NCBI GenBank assembly: GCA_965209085.1
Contig: OZ242376.1
Coordinates: forward strand, 320,001-384,000
Reading direction: 5' to 3'
Length of the DNA: 64,000 bases
Origin: Nitrosopumilaceae archaeon
GTDB lineage: Archaea > Thermoproteota > Nitrososphaeria > Nitrososphaerales > Nitrosopumilaceae
In this document: in pieces, positions 20,211-30,092 of the stretch
Position numbering within the stretch: position 1 is the stretch's first letter
How the letters are laid out: each line of letters opens with the position of its first letter
The notes under the pieces: generated by a model
Told to the model about the DNA's origin: nothing
What the model saw: the letters and a program-made list of their open reading frames with translations, nothing else
Databases searched by the model: none
Position numbers and translations under genes: made by a program

Positions 20211-20975
20211 TTATGTATTAATCATAGCATCATCATCGTCAAAGCGAGAATATTTTGATATTACATCCTTCATGGGCGTGCGTTTGCCGCCCACTATTTT
20301 CAAATCGACGCTCAATTTTTTATCGTTTATGTTGATTATATTGTAGGAATTTGCAAACAGTCCCCTGACGCGTTCGGAAGTGGCGGTTCCGGCGTTTACT
20401 ATGGACAATCCTCCAAACTGCCACAGCCAGGGCCTGTGTTTGTGTCCGCACAAAACGGCGTTTACATCAGTATCCAGTATGGTACGGAGGGCATCTCCTG
20501 CATCCGTGATGGTGGCCTTGTCTGAACCCGTGTTTGGTATGCCGACTAGATGGTGGTGCATCGCAACTATCTTTACGCGGTTTTTGTATTTTTTCATGGT
20601 TTTCTCAAGCCATAAAGCCTGCCTGTATCCAATCTCCCCGTCGTTTCTGTCCGGTCTTGCAGTGCCCACCGTTACCACAACCACGTCCCTGCCGATTTCA
20701 TTTACGTGATCAAAGGGAAAATATTTTTTAAACAACAAATATCCTGTATTCCTGTAATCATGGTTTCCACTCATCGTGATTAGTTTTTTAGTTTTGAATT
20801 TGGAGACGAGTCTTTTGCATTCCTCGAATTCTTTTACCAGTCCCTCGTTGGTCAGATCACCGGTTATTACTATGGCGTCAGGTTTTATAACGTTCACCTC
20901 TTCAAGTAAAACATCAAAGACATCCGGCTGAAACTGTGAACCCACATGCATGTCCGAAAGGTGTACTATGATCAT
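20211..20975 (-). CDS. Calcineurin-like metallophosphoesterase
   Basis: SDMH, TGDLT, GNHD, HHH, CGHKH motifs. Confidence 0.93.
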   Translation of the reverse strand: MIIVHLSDMHVGSQFQPDVFDVLLEEVNVIKPDAIVITGDLTNEGLVKEFEECKRLVSKFKTKKLITMSGNHDYRNTGYLLFKKYFPFDHVNEIGRDVVVVTVGTARPDRNDGEIGYRQALWLEKTMKKYKNRVKIVAMHHHLVGIPNTGSDKATITDAGDALRTILDTDVNAVLCGHKHRPWLWQFGGLSIVNAGTATSERVRGLFANSYNIININDKKLSVDLKIVGGKRTPMKDVISKYSRFDDDDAMINT

Positions 20976-21072
20976 CTCAACTGCAATCTAACACGTACGT
21001 GTTAATAAATACGCCAGCGTAATGATATTACCGCCAACCGTTAAAATTGCGGCATGTCCAATCTATCGCATA

Positions 21073-22107
21073 TTGGGAAAAACCGCGGTTGTAATGAAAG
21101 GGGATGGAATAGGTCCAGAAGCTGTGGATTCGATGCTAAAGATACTCTCCGAGTGCGGTTTCTCCTCTGAGATTCTCGAGGCTGATGCCGGCTCTGAGCA
21201 GTGGGAAAAAAACGGCAGAAAAGATCCCACGTACATTCCGGATTCCACAATGGATGCACTCTCCTCAGCTGATGCATGCTTTAAGGGTCCGACAACCACA
21301 ATTCCCGCTCCAAATACGCCCCGCAGTGTGGCAGTTACACTGCGGCAAAAATTCGAGCTGTATTCAAACATCCGCCCGTGCAAAACCTTTGAGCGCCTCA
21401 CTCCTGGCCGTACGCTTGACTGCGTCTGTTTCAGGGAAGCCACAGAGGGGCTTTATTCGGGGGAAGAGGCGATGACTTCGCCGGATTCTGCCATTGCGGT
21501 GCGCAAAATAACCCGCAAAGGCTGCAAAAGGTTTGCACAAGCCTCCGCACGGTGGGCAGAGGAGCGCGGAATGAAAAAAATGGTTGCAATAACAAAGCGT
21601 AACATACTGAAAATGACCGACGGAATATTCTGGGAAGAGATGCAAAAGGCCGCAGAATCCGTACCAGGACTGGAATTGTCTGAAATTTACATAGACAACA
21701 TGGCGCAGCAAATGCTGGTAAACACAGAACAGTTTAACGGGGCAGTACTTGCAAGCACAAACCTGTTCATGGACATAATATCCGAGCTTGCCTCCGGACT
21801 GATAGGATCCATCGGGCTGATTTATTCTGCAAACATGGGTGAGAAATTTGCAATGTTTGAGGCAGCACACGGAAGTGCCCCGTCAATTGCAGGAAAGAAT
21901 ATTGCAAATCCTACGGCAACCGTGCTCTCGGGCGCGTGGATGGCCGAATACCTTGGGGAAAAACACGTACGCGATGCCATATTTGGGGCAACATGGGATG
22001 TCATAAACGAGGGAAAATACGTAACATCGGACATCGGGGGAGATGCCACCACGACGCAAATGGCCGGAGCAATATCCGAAATTGCCAAAAAAAATCTGAA
22101 AAAATAA
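21073..22107 (+). CDS. Isocitrate/isopropylmalate dehydrogenase family protein
   Basis: GDGIGPE, FKGPTTT, FREATEGLY, FEAAHGSAP, NPTA; TTG start inferred. Confidence 0.93.
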   Translation: MGKTAVVMKGDGIGPEAVDSMLKILSECGFSSEILEADAGSEQWEKNGRKDPTYIPDSTMDALSSADACFKGPTTTIPAPNTPRSVAVTLRQKFELYSNIRPCKTFERLTPGRTLDCVCFREATEGLYSGEEAMTSPDSAIAVRKITRKGCKRFAQASARWAEERGMKKMVAITKRNILKMTDGIFWEEMQKAAESVPGLELSEIYIDNMAQQMLVNTEQFNGAVLASTNLFMDIISELASGLIGSIGLIYSANMGEKFAMFEAAHGSAPSIAGKNIANPTATVLSGAWMAEYLGEKHVRDAIFGATWDVINEGKYVTSDIGGDATTTQMAGAISEIAKKNLKK

Positions 22108-22111
22108 ACCC

Positions 22112-22630
22112 TTATGCGGTACAGCACACTAGGAGCAGCTCTTCAAAAAAGATTTTTTTCCTGAAAACAATCTCAGCCTTTGTGCCGCACTTTTGGGCCA
22201 CTGCAATGAGTGCCCCATAATTTGAGAGCGACGATGTGACAAAGTAAAACCTGCCGCCTTTGAGAAGATGCGGCACCGCAGAGCGTATTATTTTGGAGGG
22301 CACCTGTATGCCTTCGGGTCCGCCGTCGGTTGCCACATCATCTATTGTATCTGTTGCAAGATACGGCATGTTGCATACGATAACCTCAAAACCGCAACTT
22401 AGGGCACCTGCACCATCGCAGCAGATTAGCTTTCCTTTTCTGCTGCGCAGCACCTCTAAATTTACATCCGTACCGACAACAATTTTGAACTTTTTCTCCA
22501 AAACTTTGGTTATGTATCCGGGACCTGTTCCAATTTCCAGTGCAAGACTGCCGGATTCTTTGCGTATTCCATCCTCTAAAAAATAAGTGTCCTCTGCGGG
22601 AAGATACGGATCATTATGCGGCAGTGTCAA
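22112..22630 (-). CDS. HemK2/PrmC-related methyltransferase
   Basis: YLPAEDTY, EIGTGPG, NMPY, DGGPEG. Confidence 0.85.
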   Translation of the reverse strand: MTLPHNDPYLPAEDTYFLEDGIRKESGSLALEIGTGPGYITKVLEKKFKIVVGTDVNLEVLRSRKGKLICCDGAGALSCGFEVIVCNMPYLATDTIDDVATDGGPEGIQVPSKIIRSAVPHLLKGGRFYFVTSSLSNYGALIAVAQKCGTKAEIVFRKKIFFEELLLVCCTA

Positions 22631-23300
22631 CAGCCTCCATGATTTGCTCGCAGCTTAGATCGTCAAGCCTTGCATTTGATTTTATCTTGAATCCTGGTAT
22701 GTTTGAGAGGATTTTGCGCCTGTATGAAAATATCCTGTTTATTTCCCGTATCGTTTTGAGCGGAATGATGCGTTTTTGCTCCAGATACAGTATCGCAGAT
22801 TCCACACGGGGGGGTGGATCAAAGCTTTGGCGTGAAACGGACGATATTCTCTTCATATCAAAGGCACAGCATGCAAGAACAGAGACTGCCTTTCTTTGTC
22901 CGCCGGATTTGGCGTACAGTTTGCATGCAAATTCTTCCTGCACCATTATAACCGCCCTTGAGAATTTTTTTTGCATCAGCCACTCTATGGCCCTTCTGCT
23001 TTGAGAATACGGCAGACTTGATACAAACACATCAAAGTGTTCTTTTGATTTGAATCCGTCCCCGCATACGGGCCTGATGTTTGGATGTTTTTCCAAAACA
23101 GATACGGCTTTTGCATGCATTTTCATGTCCGTCTCGTACGTTGTCACACTTTTGCCCCCAAGCAGCAGGGTAATTGCACATTTGCCGGTTCCAATCTCCA
23201 AAACATCATCGTCTGCAGTAATGCGTGCAGTCTCTGCCATGAGATTTGCAACGGCTAGCGATCTTAGATAATGTCTTCCGGTATGGTGTCTCTGATTCAT
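22614..23300 (-). CDS. ksgA: 16S rRNA adenine dimethyltransferase
   Basis: VLEIGTG, SLPY, MVQEEFA, SFDPPPRVES; conserved rpl21e-rpoF-DUF655-ksgA context. Confidence 0.85.
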   Translation of the reverse strand: MNQRHHTGRHYLRSLAVANLMAETARITADDDVLEIGTGKCAITLLLGGKSVTTYETDMKMHAKAVSVLEKHPNIRPVCGDGFKSKEHFDVFVSSLPYSQSRRAIEWLMQKKFSRAVIMVQEEFACKLYAKSGGQRKAVSVLACCAFDMKRISSVSRQSFDPPPRVESAILYLEQKRIIPLKTIREINRIFSYRRKILSNIPGFKIKSNARLDDLSCEQIMEAVDTAA

Positions 23301-23863
23301 CTTTTTACAAACACATTGGTTTTGGTATCGTCTATAATCTCTTCTTTTATGCGGCTTGAAATATTTTTTGCAATGTTTCTAACGCTGGCCCTCTCTTCAA
23401 TGTCAGCATAACTGTCAAATTTCCTGTCATCTCTCTCCATGATGATGTTTTGTGACAGCTTTTCACTGATTCCAGGTATGGTTTTTAGCGAATGAATTCT
23501 GTATGTTAGGGGACCTGCGGTATTGATAAACTCGACAAACCTCTCTTCTTCTTTTGCAACAATGGTGTCAACTATGGGGGATATGGCGTCTGCTATGTCA
23601 TCTGGCGTTTTTTTATACTGTACGCGGCCGAGAACCGAGAGTATATTCAAGCGGTTTACGGCATCTATGGGTATTTTTGAACCGGCCTCAAACATCACAT
23701 TATCATATATTAAAATCTCCATAATGTTTAGAAATTTTTGTCCCAGTGCATACAATATGTCCCCTGATTTGTTTTTGATTATTACGGATTTTGCACGTCT
23801 TTTAATTCCAATTACATATGCAAACTTTTCATATTTTTTCCCCGGCGTGCCAAGCAACGGCAA
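23297..23863 (-). CDS. DUF655 family RNA-binding protein
   Basis: EERFVEFINTAGPLTYRIHSLKTIPGI, FDSYADIEER; operon context. Confidence 0.85.
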   Translation of the reverse strand: MPLLGTPGKKYEKFAYVIGIKRRAKSVIIKNKSGDILYALGQKFLNIMEILIYDNVMFEAGSKIPIDAVNRLNILSVLGRVQYKKTPDDIADAISPIVDTIVAKEEERFVEFINTAGPLTYRIHSLKTIPGISEKLSQNIIMERDDRKFDSYADIEERASVRNIAKNISSRIKEEIIDDTKTNVFVKR

Positions 23864-23880
23864 GAAAATCCCGGTTACCT

Positions 23881-24207
23881 CTATGCCTTTCCCGTTATGA
23901 TGGCGAGCATTTTTTCAAGAGTCTCTGCCAGTACAAGTTTTTTCCACCCGAATGTAAATGCGCGAAGCTCGGCCAACGTTGTGGGACCGATGTTTACAAT
24001 TTCCGCGGATTCCTCTTCACTGAGTTGGCATTCTTTTACGAGCCGCTGTCTTATTTTTTTTGCATCTTCTGGTTCAAGTTCGGAAAATTTTGTTACATAA
24101 TCAAACGTCCATCGTTGAAATTGATCCATCTCGTCAACGTTGTTTTTTGAGAGTATACCTTTTACTTCGGATATTGATATTGGTTGTTTTTTCTTTATCT
24201 CTTCCAT
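23881..24207 (-). CDS. rpoF: RNA polymerase subunit Rpo4 (F)
   Basis: QRWTFDYVTKFS, EIVNIGPTTLAELRA. Confidence 0.9.
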   Translation of the reverse strand: MEEIKKKQPISISEVKGILSKNNVDEMDQFQRWTFDYVTKFSELEPEDAKKIRQRLVKECQLSEEESAEIVNIGPTTLAELRAFTFGWKKLVLAETLEKMLAIITGKA

Positions 24208-24208
24208 T

Positions 24209-24508
24209 TTATACACCGAACGGTTTTACGTGGTCAAATCTTGTAATAAGGGTCTTGCTTTTGTTTCCAAGTTTTATATCCAGTGTTAGAGTTCTTCTGC
24301 CTACCTGCTTTATAATTCCAACTTTGCCGTGGTATCTTCTGTGCGGAAGTCCCTTGTGCTGTCTTGGATCTATAATTACAAGAGCACGTTCGTTTTCTAC
24401 ATATCTTCGTAGCAGGAATGATACCCCCCTTGGAGCCTTTTTTGTCATAATTGATCTTGATTTGTGTCTGAATCCATGTGAGCGGCCAGACGGCTTTTTA
24501 GTAGTCAT
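24209..24508 (-). CDS. rpl21e: 50S ribosomal protein eL21
   Basis: SHGFRHKSR, HKGLPHRRYHGKVG. Confidence 0.95.
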   Translation of the reverse strand: MTTKKPSGRSHGFRHKSRSIMTKKAPRGVSFLLRRYVENERALVIIDPRQHKGLPHRRYHGKVGIIKQVGRRTLTLDIKLGNKSKTLITRFDHVKPFGV

Positions 24509-24733
24509 AACGATCGTAGGCACGAACGCCCATATTTTAACACTTATGCAAAATACCCGTATGAAGTCACATCATGCCTAAAATCTACGCAATAAATGAA
24601 GATGTGGGCACAAAATAGCACAAGGTGTTGACCTCACAAATACTCTGCATTACGGACTCATTGTGCATGAATTTGCATCAAATATGACGCGGCAGCGTCT
24701 GCCGTGTGGGTATAAAAAATAAAAAAAATGTGA

Positions 24734-25966
24734 TTATTCTTTTGTATTGTCGGGAACTGTGTCGTTTAATTTTGTTGTTTCCGCAGCGTCTGTAATTTTT
24801 TCATCAGCTTTTGGAGTATCTGTTATCTCTTCAGTTTTTTCAGATTCTATATTTTTTGTTTCTGCAGCATCTGCAATTTTTTCATCAGCTTTTGGAGTAT
24901 CTGTTATCTCTTCAGTTTTTTCAGATTCTGTATTTTTTGTTTCCGTTTTTTCGACTATAGTCTTTTTGGGCGTGGCGACTTTTTTTGGCTTTTTTGCTCC
25001 TTCCGAATCAAGATCTACTACACCTGCTTCGCCTAGTGCAAAGATTACTTCTTCTTCCGGATGGTGCGGACTGTCGACCATGCGTGCAATTCGTTTTTTG
25101 CCGGATTTTTTAAAGTAAATCCTGTATGTACTTGTATGCGCGACAACGTTTCCTCCTACGGGTCTTGTGGGATCTCCAAAGAAAACGTCCGGTGATGCCA
25201 TTACCTGGTTTGTGGCAACGGCTGCACAGTTGTATGTCTCAGCTATTCTTGAAAGCATATGGACAAAGTGGTTTAGCTTTTGCTGTCTGGCTGAAAGTGT
25301 TCCTCTTCCAAGGTATTCTGCTCTGAAAAGTCCAACGGCTGAATCTACAACCAAGAGTTTGACGTTGTTTTCTTTTATTATGGGACCCGCTTCTTCTAAA
25401 ATGAGTGTTTGATGTGCACTGTTGTAGGCTCTAGCAACAACAATTTTGTCTAAAGCTTTTTCAGGATCCATTCCGTTTACTTTTGCAATGGATACAATTC
25501 TTTCTGGTCTGAAAGTGTTTTCAGTATCAATGTATAGCACAGTGCCATCTAGACCACCTTCCTCTTTTGATCGTTGTACCTGGACACATAGGGTGTGACA
25601 AAATTGTGTTTTACCGCATCCGTATTCTCCATATACTTCTGTAAGTGCCTGTGTTTCAACTCCTCCATCTAGGAGAGCATCAAGGCATTCGGTTCCGGTG
25701 GTAATTTTACCAATATCCTGTCTTCTTTTGTATACTTCTGTGGCACTCTCAAAACTTTTTTTGATGAGGCCTTCGGCTTCAAGATGTTCGCGTGACTTGT
25801 TTACGATTTTATCGGCCGTATCTCTTTCCATTCCAGTAATTTCTGCGATTTCAACAGGACCGCGCACGATTATATCCATAATACTGTGGACGCCTGCATT
25901 GCTTAGTTTTTTGGTCGTTACAGGACCCACGCCTTCGAGACTGTCTATTCTAATGTCTTCTGTCAT
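24734..25966 (-). CDS. radA: DNA repair and recombination protein RadA with low-complexity C-terminal tail
   Basis: N-terminal HhH, GEYGCGKTQ, YIDTENTFRPER, FRAEYLGRGTLSARQQ. Confidence 0.97.
   Translation of the reverse strand: MTEDIRIDSLEGVGPVTTKKLSNAGVHSIMDIIVRGPVEIAEITGMERDTADKIVNKSREHLEAEGLIKKSFESATEVYKRRQDIGKITTGTECLDALLDGGVETQALTEVYGEYGCGKTQFCHTLCVQVQRSKEEGGLDGTVLYIDTENTFRPERIVSIAKVNGMDPEKALDKIVVARAYNSAHQTLILEEAGPIIKENNVKLLVVDSAVGLFRAEYLGRGTLSARQQKLNHFVHMLSRIAETYNCAAVATNQVMASPDVFFGDPTRPVGGNVVAHTSTYRIYFKKSGKKRIARMVDSPHHPEEEVIFALGEAGVVDLDSEGAKKPKKVATPKKTIVEKTETKNTESEKTEEITDTPKADEKIADAAETKNIESEKTEEITDTPKADEKITDAAETTKLNDTVPDNTKE
24776..24944 (-). repeat. 81-bp (27-aa) tandem duplication in RadA tail
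   Basis: TKN(T/I)ESEKTEEITDTPKADEKI(A/T)DAAE twice, near-identical DNA. Confidence 0.92.
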
Positions 25967-26114
25967 TAGTACGGTATAGTACGGTACCTATAAAAGAGTT
26001 GTGCTTTTGCCACTGATCGGAACTAATTGCATGATCAAGATGTTAAACTCGATCGGGTGTTATGCTGTAAGATCATTCTAAATAATATATAAGATTCCGG
26101 TGATATTATCTGGC

Positions 26115-28055
26115 ATGAATAGATCATATTATTCTAAACCCATGGGACAATTTTTACAAGATGAGCATATACTTGGGAAATTAACTAAAAATCCTCAATT
26201 TTCATCTGATGGGGAACAAAGAAGTGCTTGGATGGAGCAAATTGATTTTCTAAAAAAAATTTTTAAAAATCTAAAATCTGGTCATATAATATTTGAATAT
26301 GTTATCCCACGAATGGGAAAACGAGCAGATGTGATTTTAATTTACTCTGGCCTTGTATTTATTATCGAATTTAAAATTGGTATGGAAAAATATGAAAAAT
26401 CTGCACTTGATCAAGTTTGGGATTATGCACTAGATTTAAAAAATTTCCAAAAAGAAAGTCATGCCATCCAACTTGTTCCTATATTGGTTGCAACTAACGC
26501 ATCTGACATTGATAACACATTTGAACAAGATGATGACGGTGTCTTCAAACCATTATGTTGTAACAAAAATACATTGCTAGATGTAATAAATCACATATGT
26601 ACAAATTACACTACCGATAATGTAAAACCAATAATATGGGAAGAATCTACATACATGCCCACTCCAACAATTATTGAATTAGCTCAGGCATTATACCGAG
26701 GTCATAGCGTTGAAGATATTTCACGACGTGATGCTGATGCAACTAATTTAACAAATACAACAGATGCAATAAATAATATAATTTCTACAACAAAAAAGAA
26801 AAAACTAAAATCAATTTGTTTTGTTACTGGCGTTCCTGGTGCTGGAAAAACACTTGTTGGCTTAAATGTAGCTAGCATTAGAGAAAAATTAGAACAATCA
26901 GAACATGCAGTTTTCTTATCTGGAAATGGCCCCCTTGTAGATGTTTTACAAGAAGCATTAGCTCAAGATCAAGTCTATAACTCTAAAGTGAAATTAAAAA
27001 TATCTGATGCTAGAAGATCTGTAAAGGTATTCATACAAAACATTCATCATTTTCGTGATGAATATCTGAGAGATAAATCTGCACCAGATGATCATATTGT
27101 CATATTTGATGAAGCACAACGTGCATGGGATAAAAAACACACTTCAAAATTTATGAAACAAAAAAGAGAAGTATTGGATTTTAACATGTCTGAGCCTGAA
27201 TTTCTTATTGATATAATGAATAGACATTCTGATTGGGCTGTTATTATTTGTCTAATTGGTAGTGGACAAGAAATCAATACTGGTGAAGCTGGATTATCAG
27301 AATGGTTTTCTGCATTAAATAATAAATTTCATAATTGGAATGTATATACATCTACAAATGAATCAATTAATAGCTCTATATTACAAAAAAATAATCATGA
27401 ATTTATAGATGCATTACATCTTAAAACAAGCATAAGATCCTATAGAAATAAACATGTTTCAGGTTATATTAATGCTATACTAGATCAAGATATTGATAAA
27501 GCATTAGAGTTATCTGCAGAATTAAAAACTAGAGAAAAACAATACCCAATAGTTTTAACACGTGATTTGAATACTGCTAAAAAATGGATGCGAGATCATG
27601 CTAAAGGTAGTAGAAGATATGGTCTTGTGGCTAGTTCTGGAGCATATCGCCTTAGACCATTTGGTATTTTTATAAACTCTGAAATTAATGCTAAAAACTG
27701 GTTTCTAAAAGATTCACTTGATGTTAGATCTTCATTTTATATGGAATATGTTGCAACTGAATTTCATGTACAAGGTTTAGAATTAGATTGGATTTGTGTT
27801 GGATGGGATGGTGATTTTAGATTTAGTGATGGTGAGTGGACATTTAATCAATTTAGAGGCTCTAAATGGATGAAAATAAATAAAAAATCAAACATGAACT
27901 ATCTGAAAAATGCGTACAGAGTTTTATTGACACGTGCTAGACAAGGTATGATTATATTCATTCCAAAAGGTGATGCATCTGATCATACTCGTGATCCAAA
28001 ATATTATGATGAAACGTATGAATATCTAAAAAAAGTGGGGATACAAGAAATATAA
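26115..28055 (+). CDS. DUF2075 (Schlafen group 3-like) helicase with N-terminal nuclease-like domain
   Basis: KRADVIL..IIEFK..DQVWDY, Walker A GVPGAGKT, IFDEAQRAW, TEFHVQGLELDW, NAYRVLLTRARQG; strongly AT-rich. Confidence 0.9.
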   Translation: MNRSYYSKPMGQFLQDEHILGKLTKNPQFSSDGEQRSAWMEQIDFLKKIFKNLKSGHIIFEYVIPRMGKRADVILIYSGLVFIIEFKIGMEKYEKSALDQVWDYALDLKNFQKESHAIQLVPILVATNASDIDNTFEQDDDGVFKPLCCNKNTLLDVINHICTNYTTDNVKPIIWEESTYMPTPTIIELAQALYRGHSVEDISRRDADATNLTNTTDAINNIISTTKKKKLKSICFVTGVPGAGKTLVGLNVASIREKLEQSEHAVFLSGNGPLVDVLQEALAQDQVYNSKVKLKISDARRSVKVFIQNIHHFRDEYLRDKSAPDDHIVIFDEAQRAWDKKHTSKFMKQKREVLDFNMSEPEFLIDIMNRHSDWAVIICLIGSGQEINTGEAGLSEWFSALNNKFHNWNVYTSTNESINSSILQKNNHEFIDALHLKTSIRSYRNKHVSGYINAILDQDIDKALELSAELKTREKQYPIVLTRDLNTAKKWMRDHAKGSRRYGLVASSGAYRLRPFGIFINSEINAKNWFLKDSLDVRSSFYMEYVATEFHVQGLELDWICVGWDGDFRFSDGEWTFNQFRGSKWMKINKKSNMNYLKNAYRVLLTRARQGMIIFIPKGDASDHTRDPKYYDETYEYLKKVGIQEI

Positions 28056-28095
28056 TTAAAAATTAAAAGAAAAATATTGTATGTATGTGGTTTGA

Positions 28096-28398
28096 TTATG
28101 GAATGACTTGGATTTCGCCGAATTTGCCCTTGCCGATCGAGATTTCGCCCTTGAATGATGACGTGTAGCCGTTTGTGATTTTGATCTTTGCCCCTTGGGA
28201 TATTTTTTCAATATCTTCTGCCCATAGGGTTATTTTGATCTCCTCATTTGCGCTGTCTTTCAAATATGCGTCGCAAACATCGATGGTGCCGCCAGTCTTT
28301 TTACTTACCGTGCGTGTTTCGCCCTTGCGGACGACTTCACCCTCGAGGTTGATACCGTTTCTCATGTTTTTGGCTTGGTCGATTGTGTGCATGCTCAT
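28096..28398 (-). CDS. Single OB-fold ssDNA-binding protein (crenarchaeal SSB/RPA-like)
   Basis: IKITLW, IKITNGYTSSFKGEISIGKGKFG. Confidence 0.88.
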   Translation of the reverse strand: MSMHTIDQAKNMRNGINLEGEVVRKGETRTVSKKTGGTIDVCDAYLKDSANEEIKITLWAEDIEKISQGAKIKITNGYTSSFKGEISIGKGKFGEIQVIP

Positions 28399-28495
28399 GT
28401 ATGCCTATGCCAACATGGTAATTATTAAGTTTTCTTAATAAATGGGGCCTCGAACAGCCGCAATTGAAAAATACGGCTCATTCTGACCGTTATCT

Positions 28496-28595
28496 GCAGG
28501 GATATCGAAGCCTGGTCAACCGAGAAGGACTCAAGATCTATTAAGATATCCTTTCCCTTAGGGGTTCGTGGGTTCGAATCCCACTCCCTGCACCA
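28496..28595 (+). tRNA. tRNA-Leu(CAA) with about 12-nt intron (28536-28547), CCA encoded
   Basis: GCAGGGA/TCCCTGC acceptor, AAGGA-CTCAAG|A-TCCTT arm, long variable arm, GTGGG-TTCGAAT-CCCAC. Confidence 0.92.
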
Positions 28596-28846
28596 ATTTA
28601 TGCAGTCAGTTCTCTGACTGAATGGTGGGAGATCTCTTCGTGCAGTTCTGCATGATCCTGTTCTTTGAAAGTTAATTTACATCTAAAACATTTCCAGACC
28701 GTAGTATCCATAACACTGTTACGTCACCAAAATATAAAAAGATGCCGAAGCATCGATCTTTTTACAATTTCCAAAAATACGGCAAAAACACCCTCCGTAT
28801 GCACGGCAGCAAAAACTGTTTAGTAGAGAGGGGATCATTCAACGGT

Positions 28847-29464
28847 ATGGATATTTTTGAAATGTTTGCAGAACTCTCCTATGTCGGAGTGCTGGCAGTA
28901 CTGGTGGCCGTTAATACGGCTCCAATTCTGATGCCGCCCACCTGGATAATACTCTCCTCGTTTTATGCTGCCGATCCGTCATTTAATATAACATATCTTG
29001 CACTGGTGGGAGCTACCGGCGCCACCGCAGGACGGTTTGTACTGCAAAGAATAAGCGGACAGTTTAGGAGATTTGTGCAAGGCGAGCAAAAATCAAATTT
29101 GGATTACATTTCAAATTATCTTGGAAAAAAACGATTCGGATATGCGCTCGCCTCGTTTCTCTTTGCGGCAACGCCGCTTCCAAGCAATATGCTTTTTGTA
29201 GCGTACGGACTGATGCGGGCCCGCAGCGTGGGACTGTACGCGGGATTTTGGGCGGGTAGGGCGATATCATACTATGTTATGATATCAATAAGCCGGATAG
29301 TGCTTCTTCCGTTTCTGGAACTGTTTGAAGATAGGCTGGTGGGAATACTGGTGGCGGATGTTATCGGAATAGCAGTGGTTGTTTTGTTTGCGTCAGTAAA
29401 GTGGGGCGTACTGGTAAGGGAGAGGAGGCTTCGGTTTGCAAGACCGCACATATGGAAATTTTAA
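28847..29464 (+). CDS. Integral membrane protein (DedA/VTT-like)
   Basis: Multiple TM helices, MPPTW and ATPLPSN motifs. Confidence 0.75.
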   Translation: MDIFEMFAELSYVGVLAVLVAVNTAPILMPPTWIILSSFYAADPSFNITYLALVGATGATAGRFVLQRISGQFRRFVQGEQKSNLDYISNYLGKKRFGYALASFLFAATPLPSNMLFVAYGLMRARSVGLYAGFWAGRAISYYVMISISRIVLLPFLELFEDRLVGILVADVIGIAVVVLFASVKWGVLVRERRLRFARPHIWKF

Positions 29465-30092
29465 AACCGGCAGACTCGGGGGCGTATTTTACGAATCAAA
29501 ACGCCTGATGGGGAATGAACCGGCGCACGATTTTGAACATATAATGAGGGTGTGCAAAAACGCCAAATTTTTGTGCAAAAAGGAAAACCTGGATGCAGAA
29601 CTGGTTCTTGCAGCCTCTTTGCTGCACGATACGGTCTCTTATCCAAAGACTGCAAAGAATGCAAAAAATTCCTCAAAAGAGAGCGCCGATGTGGCAAAGC
29701 CGATACTGGATAAAGCCGGATATTCAAAAGACGAGGTGGGGATTATAGTCGGGGCAATAGCGGATCATGGTTTTTCCCTTGGAAAAAACCCAAAAACAAT
29801 ACACGGCAAAATACTGCAGGATGCAGACCGCCTTGATGCGCTCGGAGCGGTGGGAATTGCCAGGGCGTTTGCGGTGGCAGGATCTGAGAACAGGAGGTTT
29901 TACCATCCGGAGGATCCCTTCTGCAAAGAGAGGGTGCCGGATGATAATGTCTGGACAGTGGATCATTTTTACAAAAAACTGCTCATACTGGAAAAAAGCA
30001 TGCACACAGATTCGGCAAAAATGGAGGCAAAACGCCGTACCGCGGTACTGGGAGAATACCTTGAAGAGATGCGGCGGGAAATTCAGCCATAG
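29436..30092 (+). CDS. HD-domain phosphohydrolase
   Basis: AHDFEHIMRV, LLHD, QDADRLDALGAVGIAR, DHFYKKLL; start uncertain. Confidence 0.92.
   Translation: MQDRTYGNFKTGRLGGVFYESKRLMGNEPAHDFEHIMRVCKNAKFLCKKENLDAELVLAASLLHDTVSYPKTAKNAKNSSKESADVAKPILDKAGYSKDEVGIIVGAIADHGFSLGKNPKTIHGKILQDADRLDALGAVGIARAFAVAGSENRRFYHPEDPFCKERVPDDNVWTVDHFYKKLLILEKSMHTDSAKMEAKRRTAVLGEYLEEMRREIQP

Noticed and set aside
25250-25720. Apparently AT-richer middle of radA, suggesting co-transfer with the DUF2075 gene
   Set aside because: Could be codon bias of a highly expressed gene; cannot be quantified by eye
28603-28620. Hairpin CAGTCAG-ttct-CTGACTG after tRNA-Leu
   Set aside because: Only 7 bp, no U-tract or partner boxes; cannot be distinguished from chance
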